Shown: positions 17,725 to 26,399 of the stretch, one piece after another
Numbering within the stretch: position 1 is the stretch's first letter
How the letters are laid out: each line of letters begins with the position of its first letter
Source: a candidate division WOR-3 bacterium
Lineage (GTDB): Bacteria; Hydrothermota; Hydrothermia; LBFQ01
Assembly: GCA_027050205.1 (NCBI GenBank)
Contig: JALUCS010000110.1
Coordinates: 1 to 28,410 of the forward strand
Length of the DNA: 28,410 nucleotides
Direction of reading: 5' to 3'
Position numbers and translations under genes: made by a program
The notes under the pieces: model-generated
Databases searched by the model: none
What the model saw: the letters and a program-made list of their open reading frames with translations, nothing else
Told to the model about the DNA's origin: nothing

Positions 17725-17951
17725 GGTATCACGCTGATAGGGTGAGGATTGCTCCGCAGCCCTATCAAACGGGGCTGTGGAATTTTGAAAGCAGGCTTTC
17801 AGTTTACGAAAGTGAGTCTTTACATTTCTTAAATAGGGATTAGCGATTTCTTAAAGGATAAGTTTCAGATTTTAAAAGTGCATTCGTCTCCCGTCGAACG
17901 GCAAACGGAACCCCGGACAACGGACAGGTATCCCTCTACAGGCTCAATACC
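17725..17951 (+). repeat. Dispersed intergenic repeat, copy 2
   Basis: GGTGAGGATTGCTCCGCAGCCCTATCAAACGGGGCTGTGGAATTTTGAAAGCAGGCTTTCAG...GGTATCCCTCTAC is nearly identical to copy 3. Confidence 0.9.
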
Positions 17952-18026
17952 TGAAAGGGCAAACGAACGGCAAATGTCGTATGGTTTCGGCGTAATATCT
18001 TCTTCCCTACCGTAAAATCGCAGAGT

Positions 18027-19865
18027 ATGACCGGGTTGGGGTACATCGTATCGCTCACTATCGTTGAATACCCAAGGGACTTTCGGGAGGGCTACGAGTA
18101 CTACTACTTCGGTTCCTATCCCTTCACCTGGAGGGACTCCACGCACCGTTTGAGGAAATGGCACCTCGGCCTCCACCTCTACGCCAACGACGTATGGGGT
18201 ATGAGGATCATCGGGAACGACCTGGACCTCAACGACGATGGGCTGTTGGACGTAGTCGTAACCCACGACGAGTGGGAGAACAGGGACAACTACCAATCCT
18301 ACTTCCTGAACCTCGGCAACAGGAGGTTTGAGCCTCACCGCTGGGTGTGGAAGGGAGATACCTTGAGTATGATTGACGGGGCGTGGTTGGGTGATATAAA
18401 CGGGAACGGAAAGTTAGACATAATCTTCGGTGTGATGGGGAAAAACATCCGTACCGGTATCCGGATATACTACGACTTCCCTTGGGATACGGCGAGGATG
18501 AGGTACATATACTACCCCGGCTCCGTTGAAACACCGTACGTCGCCGACATAAACGACGACGGATGGCCGGATATCCTTCTGGCCGTTCATAGGGATGGCG
18601 ATGAGGCCGCTCCGGACGGGATGGAATGCTCCACCATCCTTTGGGGGGCGCCCGAAGGGTACGCCGGCGGGAGGCGTTCCTTCTGCCTGTACGGTGGTGG
18701 GACGCACGTGATCTTCGCTGCCGATTTCAACAACGACACCTACCTTGACGTCTTTGTAGGCAGCACCTACTACAACTTCGCCCCACACTATCCCCCCCGC
18801 ATATACTGGGGAGGACCCGATGGTCTGGACAGCACCCGATACTCCCTCGTATGGACGGAACCTCCCCCGGAGGACCGCCTCGGTACGTACGGCGGTACGG
18901 TGGCCGATATGAATAGGGACGGGTGGTTAGACATAGTGGGGTGTTGGCATCCCGTTTTCATCCTTTGGAATTCGGGAGGAAGGTTTTCCCCTACGGATAG
19001 GACGCTTCTGGCCAATCCGGACTGCAGATCCCTTCAGGTAGCCGATATGAACGGGGACGGAAAACTGGACATCGTAGCCGCCTCCAAATCGGTAGAGGAC
19101 GACCTTTCAAAGGGAAAAATTACGATCTATTGGGGGGACAGGTACGATTACGTTGCTATACCTTCCCCTTCGGCCTACGGGGTGTACGTGGCGGATCTAG
19201 ATGGGGACGGGTGGCCCGATATAGTGTCATCGCAGAAGGAGATGGATCACTCGGACGTCTATTGGAATACCGGCTATCCCCTGTTCTGGGGAACGACCCT
19301 GTTAGAGGGTACCCACAAGGCCTCAAGGAACCTCTCGGTACAGTTCTTCGGAAACGTCTTTGATAGGTCCAACCGTTTCGGCTTCCTATCGCACACTGTA
19401 CGTACGGCCGCTCCGGCCTTTTTAAGCCAATTTGAGGTGTTCGGGGACATACCGGAAGGTACGGAAGTGAAGGCCTTCGTCAGGGCTTCGGAGGATGGCT
19501 CCAACTTTGGCCCCTGGATACCCATAACCCCTTCCGGTGAGCCGTACCTACCCCTGTATGGCAGGGCTTTCCAATACCGCCTTGATGTGAGTACGGACTT
19601 CTCCAGAACTTCAGACTTCCACGTAGATAGCGTAAGGCTACGATTCTCGGACCACCTCCCAAGGGCCTCAAGGGTGAGGGTTGTGCAGTACGGCGGTAGC
19701 ATACTCCTATACGGCGATGGATGCCACAGGTACGCCCTATACACCAAGGATGGCCGTAGGTACGCCTCCGGGAAGTTCTGCGACTTCTTAGAAATCCGCA
19801 CCGTCAACCGCAAGACCTACCTCATCAAGGTTGATGGTCTCACCTTTAAGGTCGTCTCCATCTGA
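18027..19865 (+). CDS. FG-GAP/VCBS repeat protein with T9SS-like C-terminal tail
   Basis: Repeated DxNxDG..D(I/V) motifs (DLNDDGLLDV, DINGNGKLDI, DINDDGWPDI, DFNNDTYLDV, DMNRDGWLDI, DMNGDGKLDI, DLDGDGWPDI). The tail is LYTKDGRR...TYLIKVDGLTFKVVSI. Confidence 0.85.
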   Translation: MTGLGYIVSLTIVEYPRDFREGYEYYYFGSYPFTWRDSTHRLRKWHLGLHLYANDVWGMRIIGNDLDLNDDGLLDVVVTHDEWENRDNYQSYFLNLGNRRFEPHRWVWKGDTLSMIDGAWLGDINGNGKLDIIFGVMGKNIRTGIRIYYDFPWDTARMRYIYYPGSVETPYVADINDDGWPDILLAVHRDGDEAAPDGMECSTILWGAPEGYAGGRRSFCLYGGGTHVIFAADFNNDTYLDVFVGSTYYNFAPHYPPRIYWGGPDGLDSTRYSLVWTEPPPEDRLGTYGGTVADMNRDGWLDIVGCWHPVFILWNSGGRFSPTDRTLLANPDCRSLQVADMNGDGKLDIVAASKSVEDDLSKGKITIYWGDRYDYVAIPSPSAYGVYVADLDGDGWPDIVSSQKEMDHSDVYWNTGYPLFWGTTLLEGTHKASRNLSVQFFGNVFDRSNRFGFLSHTVRTAAPAFLSQFEVFGDIPEGTEVKAFVRASEDGSNFGPWIPITPSGEPYLPLYGRAFQYRLDVSTDFSRTSDFHVDSVRLRFSDHLPRASRVRVVQYGGSILLYGDGCHRYALYTKDGRRYASGKFCDFLEIRTVNRKTYLIKVDGLTFKVVSI

Positions 19866-19895
19866 TGCGACCCCCGTATAATCCCTTAGGCCACG

Positions 19896-20936
19896 ATGAA
19901 GAGACTCCTAAGCCTGCTCCTCCTCCTTCCGCTCCTCTCCGTAGGCTGCGGTAAGAGGGAACTTAGGCTGTGGTACTACTTCGGCGAGATCCACGACTAC
20001 CACTTCCGCAACCTCCTGAACCACCTCTGGAGGGAGGTACCCTTCACCGTAATACCGAGGAAGTTCTCATCCATACGGGAGTTGGAGGATTCCCTCCTCA
20101 AGAGCCAAAACCTACCGGACGTCGCCCTCGCCTACCCATCAACCGTCAGGGAGCTGTACGAGGCGGGACGTATAGTCCCCGTCCCCCAAACCCTTGGCCA
20201 CCCCATTCCGGGATACTGCGAGTTCGGAGGGAAGAGGTACTGCTGGCCGATGCTGAAGAGCTTCGTCGGCTTCTACGTGAACGTGCCTCTGGCCGAGGAG
20301 GTGGGCCTTGATACCGTCTTTAAGTTGGAGGACCTCCTGTCCCTCAACACCGAGTACGTCGTTCTGGGTATGTACGTCTCCGCCACCCTATACACCGCCT
20401 TTACCTTCACCTACGTCTCGGAGGGGATGCCCCTACGGGAGGCCTGCTTCAAAGCAGGAGAACTCTACTACGGCCTTCTTCACAGGCCCTACGTCAGGCT
20501 CTACGCCTCCCCCTACAGGGCGCAGGAGGATATGGTCCTTGAGAGGATAGTCCTCCTTCCGGGGACGAGCGCCTACGCTCCGTACATAGAGCGGGAGGGT
20601 ATAGCCCTCAAGTTCGTCCCCCTCATCAACTCCGAGGGCGAGGAGGTCCTTTTCCTCTCCGGCCCCGACCTCGTCCTCCTCAAAGGTGGGGACAGCGATA
20701 TGGCCCTCCAGTTCGCCGAGGCCCTCTACCGTACCCTAAAGGAGGACACCGTCTGGCGGAGGTTCGGCTACATCCCCGCCCCCCAGCTCAAGGGAGGGAA
20801 CCTCTACCACAACCTGAACGTTGAGGTGCCGAGGGAGGACGTGCGCCGCCTCGTAAGGAGCTTCATCGGGGCCGACTCCCTTGACACGGCTGCCTTGAGG
20901 GAGGTCTGCTCCAAGTTCAGGGAGAGTAGGGATTGA
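19896..20936 (+). CDS. Lipoprotein, divergent extracellular solute-binding protein
   Basis: Lipobox MKRLLSLLLLLPLLSVG-C. LRLWY, LPDVAL and FGGKRYCWP...FYVN resemble sugar-type SBP family 1. Confidence 0.65.
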   Translation: MKRLLSLLLLLPLLSVGCGKRELRLWYYFGEIHDYHFRNLLNHLWREVPFTVIPRKFSSIRELEDSLLKSQNLPDVALAYPSTVRELYEAGRIVPVPQTLGHPIPGYCEFGGKRYCWPMLKSFVGFYVNVPLAEEVGLDTVFKLEDLLSLNTEYVVLGMYVSATLYTAFTFTYVSEGMPLREACFKAGELYYGLLHRPYVRLYASPYRAQEDMVLERIVLLPGTSAYAPYIEREGIALKFVPLINSEGEEVLFLSGPDLVLLKGGDSDMALQFAEALYRTLKEDTVWRRFGYIPAPQLKGGNLYHNLNVEVPREDVRRLVRSFIGADSLDTAALREVCSKFRESRD

Positions 20937-21601
20937 TAACCGCCTTAACCCTCCACATCCTCGGCAGGGAGGTCCTACTTCTACTTCCGCCCGACACCCT
21001 CCGCAGGGGGTACTACCTCTTCCTCCACGGCTCCCTCCTGTCGCCGGAGAACTACACCCGATACCTAAGGGGGGTGGCCCAAGGGGGGTACGTGGTCGTG
21101 GCCCCCAAGTACCGGATGCACATCTTCGCACCGGCCAACCGCTACGGTACGGAGGCCCTCGCCATCTTGGACAGCGTAAAGGCCCGGTACGGTGAGGGGG
21201 AGGCCTGCGTAGGGGGACACTCCATGGGGGCGTACATAGCCCTGAAGTTTGCCAACAAATTCAGGTGTGCCGTACTCCTCTCCCTCTACCTCCCCTTCGG
21301 CAGGGTACCCGACGACATCCGGGTCCCCGTACTCCTGTTTTCGGGGACGGCCGACCTCCTGACCCCCTACCCCCTGAACCAGATGCCCGCTTTCCGGAGG
21401 GCCTCGTCCGACAAGGCCCTGATCCTCCTCCCCGGAGGGACCCACAACGCGTACTTGGACGGTCCGGTATGGGGGGACGTAATAGCGGGGTGGCCCCCCT
21501 TTGGGCAGAGGAGGTTCCACCGTCAGGTGGCCCAGATGACGGTCAGGTTCCTGAACGGGTACGTCAGGGCTTCAGGATTAGCTCGTTCCAATGACCACTG
21601 A
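20933..21601 (+). CDS. Alpha/beta hydrolase (chlorophyllase/cutinase/DLH-like)
   Basis: FLHG, GYVVVAP, nucleophile elbow GHSMG, PVLLFSGTADLLTP (Asp) and LPGGTH (His). The TTG start overlaps the upstream stop. Confidence 0.8.
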   Translation: MITALTLHILGREVLLLLPPDTLRRGYYLFLHGSLLSPENYTRYLRGVAQGGYVVVAPKYRMHIFAPANRYGTEALAILDSVKARYGEGEACVGGHSMGAYIALKFANKFRCAVLLSLYLPFGRVPDDIRVPVLLFSGTADLLTPYPLNQMPAFRRASSDKALILLPGGTHNAYLDGPVWGDVIAGWPPFGQRRFHRQVAQMTVRFLNGYVRASGLARSNDH

Positions 21602-22580
21602 TCCCCGGCCTATGGGTTGAGGATAGGAGGACCTGACCCTTGAGGCTCCGCATTACCCCCTCCACCCCCTCCCTGTCAAGATAGACGAAAGGCTCGTCCA
21701 GAACCATAACCGGGGCATCCTGCAACTTCCCCTCCAAAAGGTCCCTAAGGAAGATAACTATACCGAGATGTATCCGCCTCTTCTGACCCTCGGAGGCGAA
21801 GTATCTGACGGGTTTCCCGTTTAGGAGGATCTCAAACCTATCCCTGTGGGGGCCATAGAGGGCCTTCCGGACGGCCATCTCGTCCTTCGCTTTCGCCACC
21901 ATACCCTCCCCCCTCTCCACGCTCGGCTCGTAGGTGACCCTCGCCCCTTTGGGGACGAAGGAGTACCGGATGCCGGCGTTGACCTTTTCAACGAACTCCC
22001 TCCTCCGGCTTATGAGGTAGTTGGCGTAGGGTACCATGGCCCTCGTTATGGGGGTGGGGTCTCCCCCTCCCCTCAAGAGCAGCCTCTTTTGGAGCAGGAG
22101 CCTCCGGTAATCCACGAGGTGGGCGTAGTACTCCGCATCAAGGAGGGATAGCGCCCAGTCAAAGAACTTCCGCCTCTCGGCTGGGGGGCCGTCCATAAAG
22201 GCGTGTTCCTTGGAGCTGAAGGACAGGACGACGAAGGTGTTGAAGACGTCCTGATAGGTACGGAGGGTCCGGCCGTCCTTCTTGAAGACCTTCCTTACAG
22301 TGTTCCCCCGCTCGTCCACCTCAACGTAGGCCGTCAGGGTTATGGGGGTACCGAGCCGCACCAGACTGGCCTCTAGAAAGAAGCTCCTCTCCCCCCACCG
22401 GACGAGGGCGTAGTCCCTGACACCCCTGAAGGACCTCGGTACGGAGAGGTACGCGACGGCCTCCAAAAGGGAGGTCTTACCCGCCCCGTTGGGGCCGAGG
22501 ATGAGGTTTATGCCCTCACCGAAGGTGTAGGTCCCGTGGAGGTTGCGGAAGTTCAGCAGACGCAGGGTGTTTATCCTTAT
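21564..22580 (-). CDS. recF: DNA replication/repair protein RecF (probable AUA start)
   Basis: The in-frame extension upstream of 22466 gives IRINTLRLLNFRNL...LILGPNGAGKTSLLEAVAYLS. Also present: GPPAERRKFFD, GPHRD, SEGQKR and VLDEP. Confidence 0.9.
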   Translation of the reverse strand: MRINTLRLLNFRNLHGTYTFGEGINLILGPNGAGKTSLLEAVAYLSVPRSFRGVRDYALVRWGERSFFLEASLVRLGTPITLTAYVEVDERGNTVRKVFKKDGRTLRTYQDVFNTFVVLSFSSKEHAFMDGPPAERRKFFDWALSLLDAEYYAHLVDYRRLLLQKRLLLRGGGDPTPITRAMVPYANYLISRRREFVEKVNAGIRYSFVPKGARVTYEPSVERGEGMVAKAKDEMAVRKALYGPHRDRFEILLNGKPVRYFASEGQKRRIHLGIVIFLRDLLEGKLQDAPVMVLDEPFVYLDREGVEGVMRSLKGQVLLSSTHRPGISGHWNELILKP

Positions 22581-22603
22581 GGTTTCCCTCCTTTTGAGGT
22601 TGT

Positions 22604-22625
22604 ATTCTACGGTCGTGTGTAGAAT
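22604..22625. promoter_or_regulatory. Back-to-back -10 boxes for divergent recF and ubiE/menG
   Basis: ATTCTAC-N8-GTAGAAT places TAGAAT on both strands. Confidence 0.55.
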
Positions 22626-22635
22626 CCCCTACCCG

Positions 22636-23277
22636 ATGCAGGATAAGAGGCGGATAGAGGAGATGTTCTCCAACATGAGGCTCTACGAGGCCCGGAACGT
22701 CATCTTCTCCTTCGGCCAAAACTTGGTATGGCGGAGGTACCTGATAAGGGAAGCCGAGGGCAGGCTCCTTGACGTCGCTACGGGGGAGGGGAACGTCCTG
22801 AAGCTCCATCGGAAGGGGATGGGGGTCGGGGTGGATATATCCTTGGGTATGCTCCGGAGGGCGCCCAAGGGGTTGCTCTTAGTGAGGGGGGACGCCGAGA
22901 ACCTCCCCATAAAGGACGGCTCCTTTGACAGCGTTAGCATAGCCTTCGGCTTAAGGAACGTCCCGGACAAGTTGGCAGCCCTAAGGGAGTTCAACCGCGT
23001 CCTGAAACCGGGGGGTAAGGTCCTCATCCTTGAGATGAAGATAGGGGACCGCCTCACCTCGTGGCTGGCCCTCCCCTACGTCGCCCTCGTGATGCCCGCC
23101 TTGGCCCCCCTCTTCGGAGGCAGTTTCGGGGACTACGTCTATCTCTTCCGGAGCATCCTCAACTTCCCCGGCCGGAGGGAGATGGAGAGGCTCTTCAGGG
23201 CAAGCGGCTTTATGATGGAACGGGTGTATTACTTCCACATCGGCTCCACCTACCTCTTCGTAGGGAGGAAGGTTTGA
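22636..23277 (+). CDS. ubiE: UbiE/MenG family SAM-dependent methyltransferase
   Basis: Motifs LLDVATGEG, GDAENLP, FDSVSIAFGLRNV, RVLKPGG and Y.YL..SI..FP. The start is placed at MQDKRRIEEMF. Confidence 0.85.
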   Translation: MQDKRRIEEMFSNMRLYEARNVIFSFGQNLVWRRYLIREAEGRLLDVATGEGNVLKLHRKGMGVGVDISLGMLRRAPKGLLLVRGDAENLPIKDGSFDSVSIAFGLRNVPDKLAALREFNRVLKPGGKVLILEMKIGDRLTSWLALPYVALVMPALAPLFGGSFGDYVYLFRSILNFPGRREMERLFRASGFMMERVYYFHIGSTYLFVGRKV

Positions 23278-23432
23278 GTGTCGTTTAACGGCTTTCGCCA
23301 ACGGGACCTTACAAGCGTAAGGTGGTCGTCCCCGACACCCGTCGTGGAGTTGGGAACCTCCAAATGACGCATCCTACACCGTTCAAAATTCGGGGAATCG
23401 GTAGCCAAGGAATTCCCTTCGTATCAAACGCC

Positions 23433-23669
23433 GGTATTACGACGATGAGGTGAGGATTGCTCCGTAGCCCCATCAAACGGGGCTGTGGAATTTTGAAAGC
23501 AGGCTTTCAGTTTGCGAAAGTGGGCCTTTACGTTTCTTAAATAGGGATTAGCGATTTATTGAAGGATAAGTTTCGGATTTTGAAAGGGCATTAGGCTCAT
23601 TAGGCTTCCGTCAAAAGCCGAGTGGAACATCGGACAGCGGATAGGTATCCCTCTACTGTCTCAACACCC
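23433..23669 (+). repeat. Dispersed intergenic repeat, copy 3
   Basis: Colinear with 17725-17951, and carries a small internal duplication (CATTAGGCT x2). Confidence 0.9.
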
Positions 23670-23764
23670 AGTCGTACTGCGAAACGTTTCCTATCTACCC
23701 ATCCTTTAGGAACATCAGCCGGCCTCAAACGGCCGTAGGCATCACCGAACCTTTCAAACCCCGG

Positions 23765-23783
23765 TGGGGGGCGTAGCCCCCCA
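23765..23783 (-). terminator. Hairpin downstream of sodC
   Basis: Inverted repeat TGGGGGGC-GTA-GCCCCCCA, 5 nt past the sodC stop. Confidence 0.55.
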
Positions 23784-23788
23784 TTCCC

Positions 23789-24313
23789 TCACTTCACCAC
23801 ACCTATAACGCCACAGGCGATACGGGGGCCGGCTTTGCCGGCGGGCTGGGACTTGTAGTCGTCCGCCCCGGCGTGGATTATGACGGACCGACCGAGGACG
23901 GAGTAGGGGGACGGAACGACCGTAAAGGCCTTCGTACGGAAGTCTATAACGGCCTCGCCCTTGGCGTTGCTCTTTATGTTGGGCATATCGCCGGAGTGGT
24001 GGGTGCCGATGGGGTCGTTGGGGCTTCCGTGTTTGCCGCTGTGGTAAGGGTCAAAGTGGCCGCCGGCGGCCTTGGGGGAGGAGCAGTCCCCGAACTGATG
24101 GACGTGGATGGCGAAGGTGCGGTTCTTGGGTAGGCCCGTGATCTTGCCGAAGACGTGGACGGTCATATCGGGGTACTGGTAGAAGAAGACTTCACCCTTT
24201 ACGTTCTTGTCCTTAAAGCCGAAGATGGAGGCTTTGGCCTTCATAACGGGGTTATCGCCCGTCGCCCCGATGAGAAAGATAGCGCCCAGGAGTGCAAGAG
24301 ATAACCTCTTCAT
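23789..24313 (-). CDS. sodC: Periplasmic Cu/Zn superoxide dismutase
   Basis: Signal peptide plus IHVH, GGHFDP, KHG, HSGDMPNI, VIIHAGADD and RIACGVI. Confidence 0.95.
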   Translation of the reverse strand: MKRLSLALLGAIFLIGATGDNPVMKAKASIFGFKDKNVKGEVFFYQYPDMTVHVFGKITGLPKNRTFAIHVHQFGDCSSPKAAGGHFDPYHSGKHGSPNDPIGTHHSGDMPNIKSNAKGEAVIDFRTKAFTVVPSPYSVLGRSVIIHAGADDYKSQPAGKAGPRIACGVIGVVK

Positions 24314-24367
24314 AGTAAGGAGAAATTCTAAGGTCGTCGGGTTATCCGGCTTTATAATATGGGGACT

Positions 24368-26365
24368 ATGATTAGCCTGCTGACAGCAGCCTTATACACG
24401 GTTGGGAGGCTATCCTTCGGTGGGGCGGTGGTGGAGATAGACGGCGACCGACTCTACGCTTCATCCGGTAGCGCCGTTGAGATATACGACGTTTCCACGC
24501 CGAGCAGCCCCGTACTCCTGTCAAGGGTACCCTACACGGGGAACGGTAGGATCCTGACGATGGATCTATCGGGGGATACCCTGTTCGTAGGGACGGCCGG
24601 GGGCGATGTGGTGGCCTTGGACGTATCGGACTACTCCCATCCGAGGGTGATAGGTACGGCGAGCTTCAGCGATGCGGTGGTATCTTTGAGGGTAAAGGAT
24701 AGCACACTCCTGATAGCCAACGGATATTTCGGGCTAAGGGTATTGAGGAGGAGCGATTTAAGCGAGCTGTCTTCGCTATCGGTCTCCTCCTACTCCGTGG
24801 GGATTGACTACAGGGGGGACACCGTACTCCTGACATCAACGGGAGTGCCTATCAGCGTAATAGACGTTTCGGACCCTACGTCTCCGAGCCTAATAGTTTC
24901 GCACACTACGTTGCCGGGTTGCGACGGTGGGCTGTACGTACGGGTGTTGTCCGGTGGCTACACGGCCTTGAGGTGTGGGGACACGGTGAAGGTGTACGAC
25001 CTCTCGGACGTCTCGTCCCCGTCCTATATTGCGACGGTTGGAGATGCGAACGTCCTACCCTACCTGAAGGACACCCTTTTGACCTTGGCATACGACAACC
25101 ACGTATATGTCTTCTCGGTCTCGGACCCTACATCCCCTAACCTCCTTGGGGATACGTCCGTAGGGTTTGTGTCCCATGCCGCCGCTTCTGGGGAGGAGTT
25201 GTACGTATTTACGAAGTGGCCGTTTAAGACCTTTCTGGTGATCTCGTACCCTACGAGTACGGTCCTCTACGAGGCCCGTTTGCCCGGTGTCTCGTCCTCC
25301 GTAGAGAAATCCGGAGGATACCTATACATCTACAACCAGGGGCTTTCGGTCGTTGATATTACCTCCCCTTCCAACCCCCAACTCCTGTCCTTCATCCCCG
25401 TCAGTTTCGGCTTGTGGTCCTCGTCGGCGGCCTCTATGGATCTGATGGGGACCTCCCTGTTCGTCGCCGGCATAACGGGGAACGAGATCAAGGTCTACGA
25501 CGTCTCCGACCCCTCATCCCCCACGCTGGACACGTCCTACTCCATATCTACGGCCATTTACAGCTGCCTCAAGGCGGTGGATTCCCTTAGCGTCGTAGTG
25601 TGCGGGAACTCAAGTCTGGATCTCATAGACCTCTCCTCTATGAGCGTCACCTCCCTACCACCCGCGAGGGGGGTAGACCTGACCCCCGATGGGAGCTACG
25701 CCGTAGCCGTAGGAGGGGGAGAGGTGAGGGTGATAGATATGGCCACGTTCTCCGTCGTAGGTACGGCCTCCCTACCATCCGGGGCGAACGCCCTACAGGT
25801 CACGGTGGACGGTAGCAACGCGTACGTTATGTACCTGACGGGAACGGACTCCGTAAACGTCGCCGTAGTTGATATAAGCTCCCCGACCTCCCCCACCCTC
25901 CTTGGGAGTACCTTCGTATCCCGCATAAGGTACTCCGACTTTACCCTCTACCTGCCAGGGAAGTTGCAGAAGGTGGGGAACTACCTCTTTGGGAGTGTGG
26001 CGAGCCTCGCTCCCTTCGTGATTGATGTCTCCGACCCTACCTCTCCGGACGTCGTGGAGGTCCTGCGGACACCGGGGTACGGCACGGATATGGTCGTGAG
26101 CGACGGGAACGTCTATCAGTTGGACTACTTCACAGGCCTAACCGTCTTCCGCGCCCCTCTACCCACGTCCGTAAGCGAGAGGGAACCTTCCCCCGTACCC
26201 GTCCCCTTCATCCTCAAGGGCAGGGAGTTGAGGTCGGACTACGAGGTGAAGGTCTACACGGCCTCCGGGCGTCTCCTCCACACCGGGAAGGGCTACAGGT
26301 TTGACCGTAGCGGGGTGTTCTTTGTAGTCGTTGAGGGGAAGGGATACAGGGTCGTGGTTAGGTGA
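24368..26365 (+). CDS. LVIVD-repeat beta-propeller protein with short T9SS-like tail
   Basis: Many (V/I)(Y/I)DVSDPTSP repeats, Ser/Thr-rich, with tail VKVYTASGRLL...SGVFFVVVEGKGYRVVVR. Start is 24368 (alternative 24359). Confidence 0.85.
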   Translation: MISLLTAALYTVGRLSFGGAVVEIDGDRLYASSGSAVEIYDVSTPSSPVLLSRVPYTGNGRILTMDLSGDTLFVGTAGGDVVALDVSDYSHPRVIGTASFSDAVVSLRVKDSTLLIANGYFGLRVLRRSDLSELSSLSVSSYSVGIDYRGDTVLLTSTGVPISVIDVSDPTSPSLIVSHTTLPGCDGGLYVRVLSGGYTALRCGDTVKVYDLSDVSSPSYIATVGDANVLPYLKDTLLTLAYDNHVYVFSVSDPTSPNLLGDTSVGFVSHAAASGEELYVFTKWPFKTFLVISYPTSTVLYEARLPGVSSSVEKSGGYLYIYNQGLSVVDITSPSNPQLLSFIPVSFGLWSSSAASMDLMGTSLFVAGITGNEIKVYDVSDPSSPTLDTSYSISTAIYSCLKAVDSLSVVVCGNSSLDLIDLSSMSVTSLPPARGVDLTPDGSYAVAVGGGEVRVIDMATFSVVGTASLPSGANALQVTVDGSNAYVMYLTGTDSVNVAVVDISSPTSPTLLGSTFVSRIRYSDFTLYLPGKLQKVGNYLFGSVASLAPFVIDVSDPTSPDVVEVLRTPGYGTDMVVSDGNVYQLDYFTGLTVFRAPLPTSVSEREPSPVPVPFILKGRELRSDYEVKVYTASGRLLHTGKGYRFDRSGVFFVVVEGKGYRVVVR

Positions 26366-26399
26366 CCTACCCTGAACACCCGCGACCGTAGAATACGGG

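Noticed and set aside
17649..17885. CRISPR array suggested by GTTT...TTGAAAG motifs
   Set aside because: The units are ~21 bp, degenerate and contiguous with no 30-40 nt unique spacers. The same inter-unit sequence recurs in other copies, and no cas genes are present.
22543..22635. N-terminal extension of ubiE/menG
   Set aside because: It overlaps the true 5' end and promoter of recF, and family similarity starts at MQDK (22636).
23280..23760. tRNA, tmRNA, RNase P or SRP RNA in the long intergenic gaps
   Set aside because: I saw no T-loop GTTCGA/CCA end, RNase P GAGGAAAGTCC or SRP core motif on either strand here or in 12340-12740 and 17590-18010.
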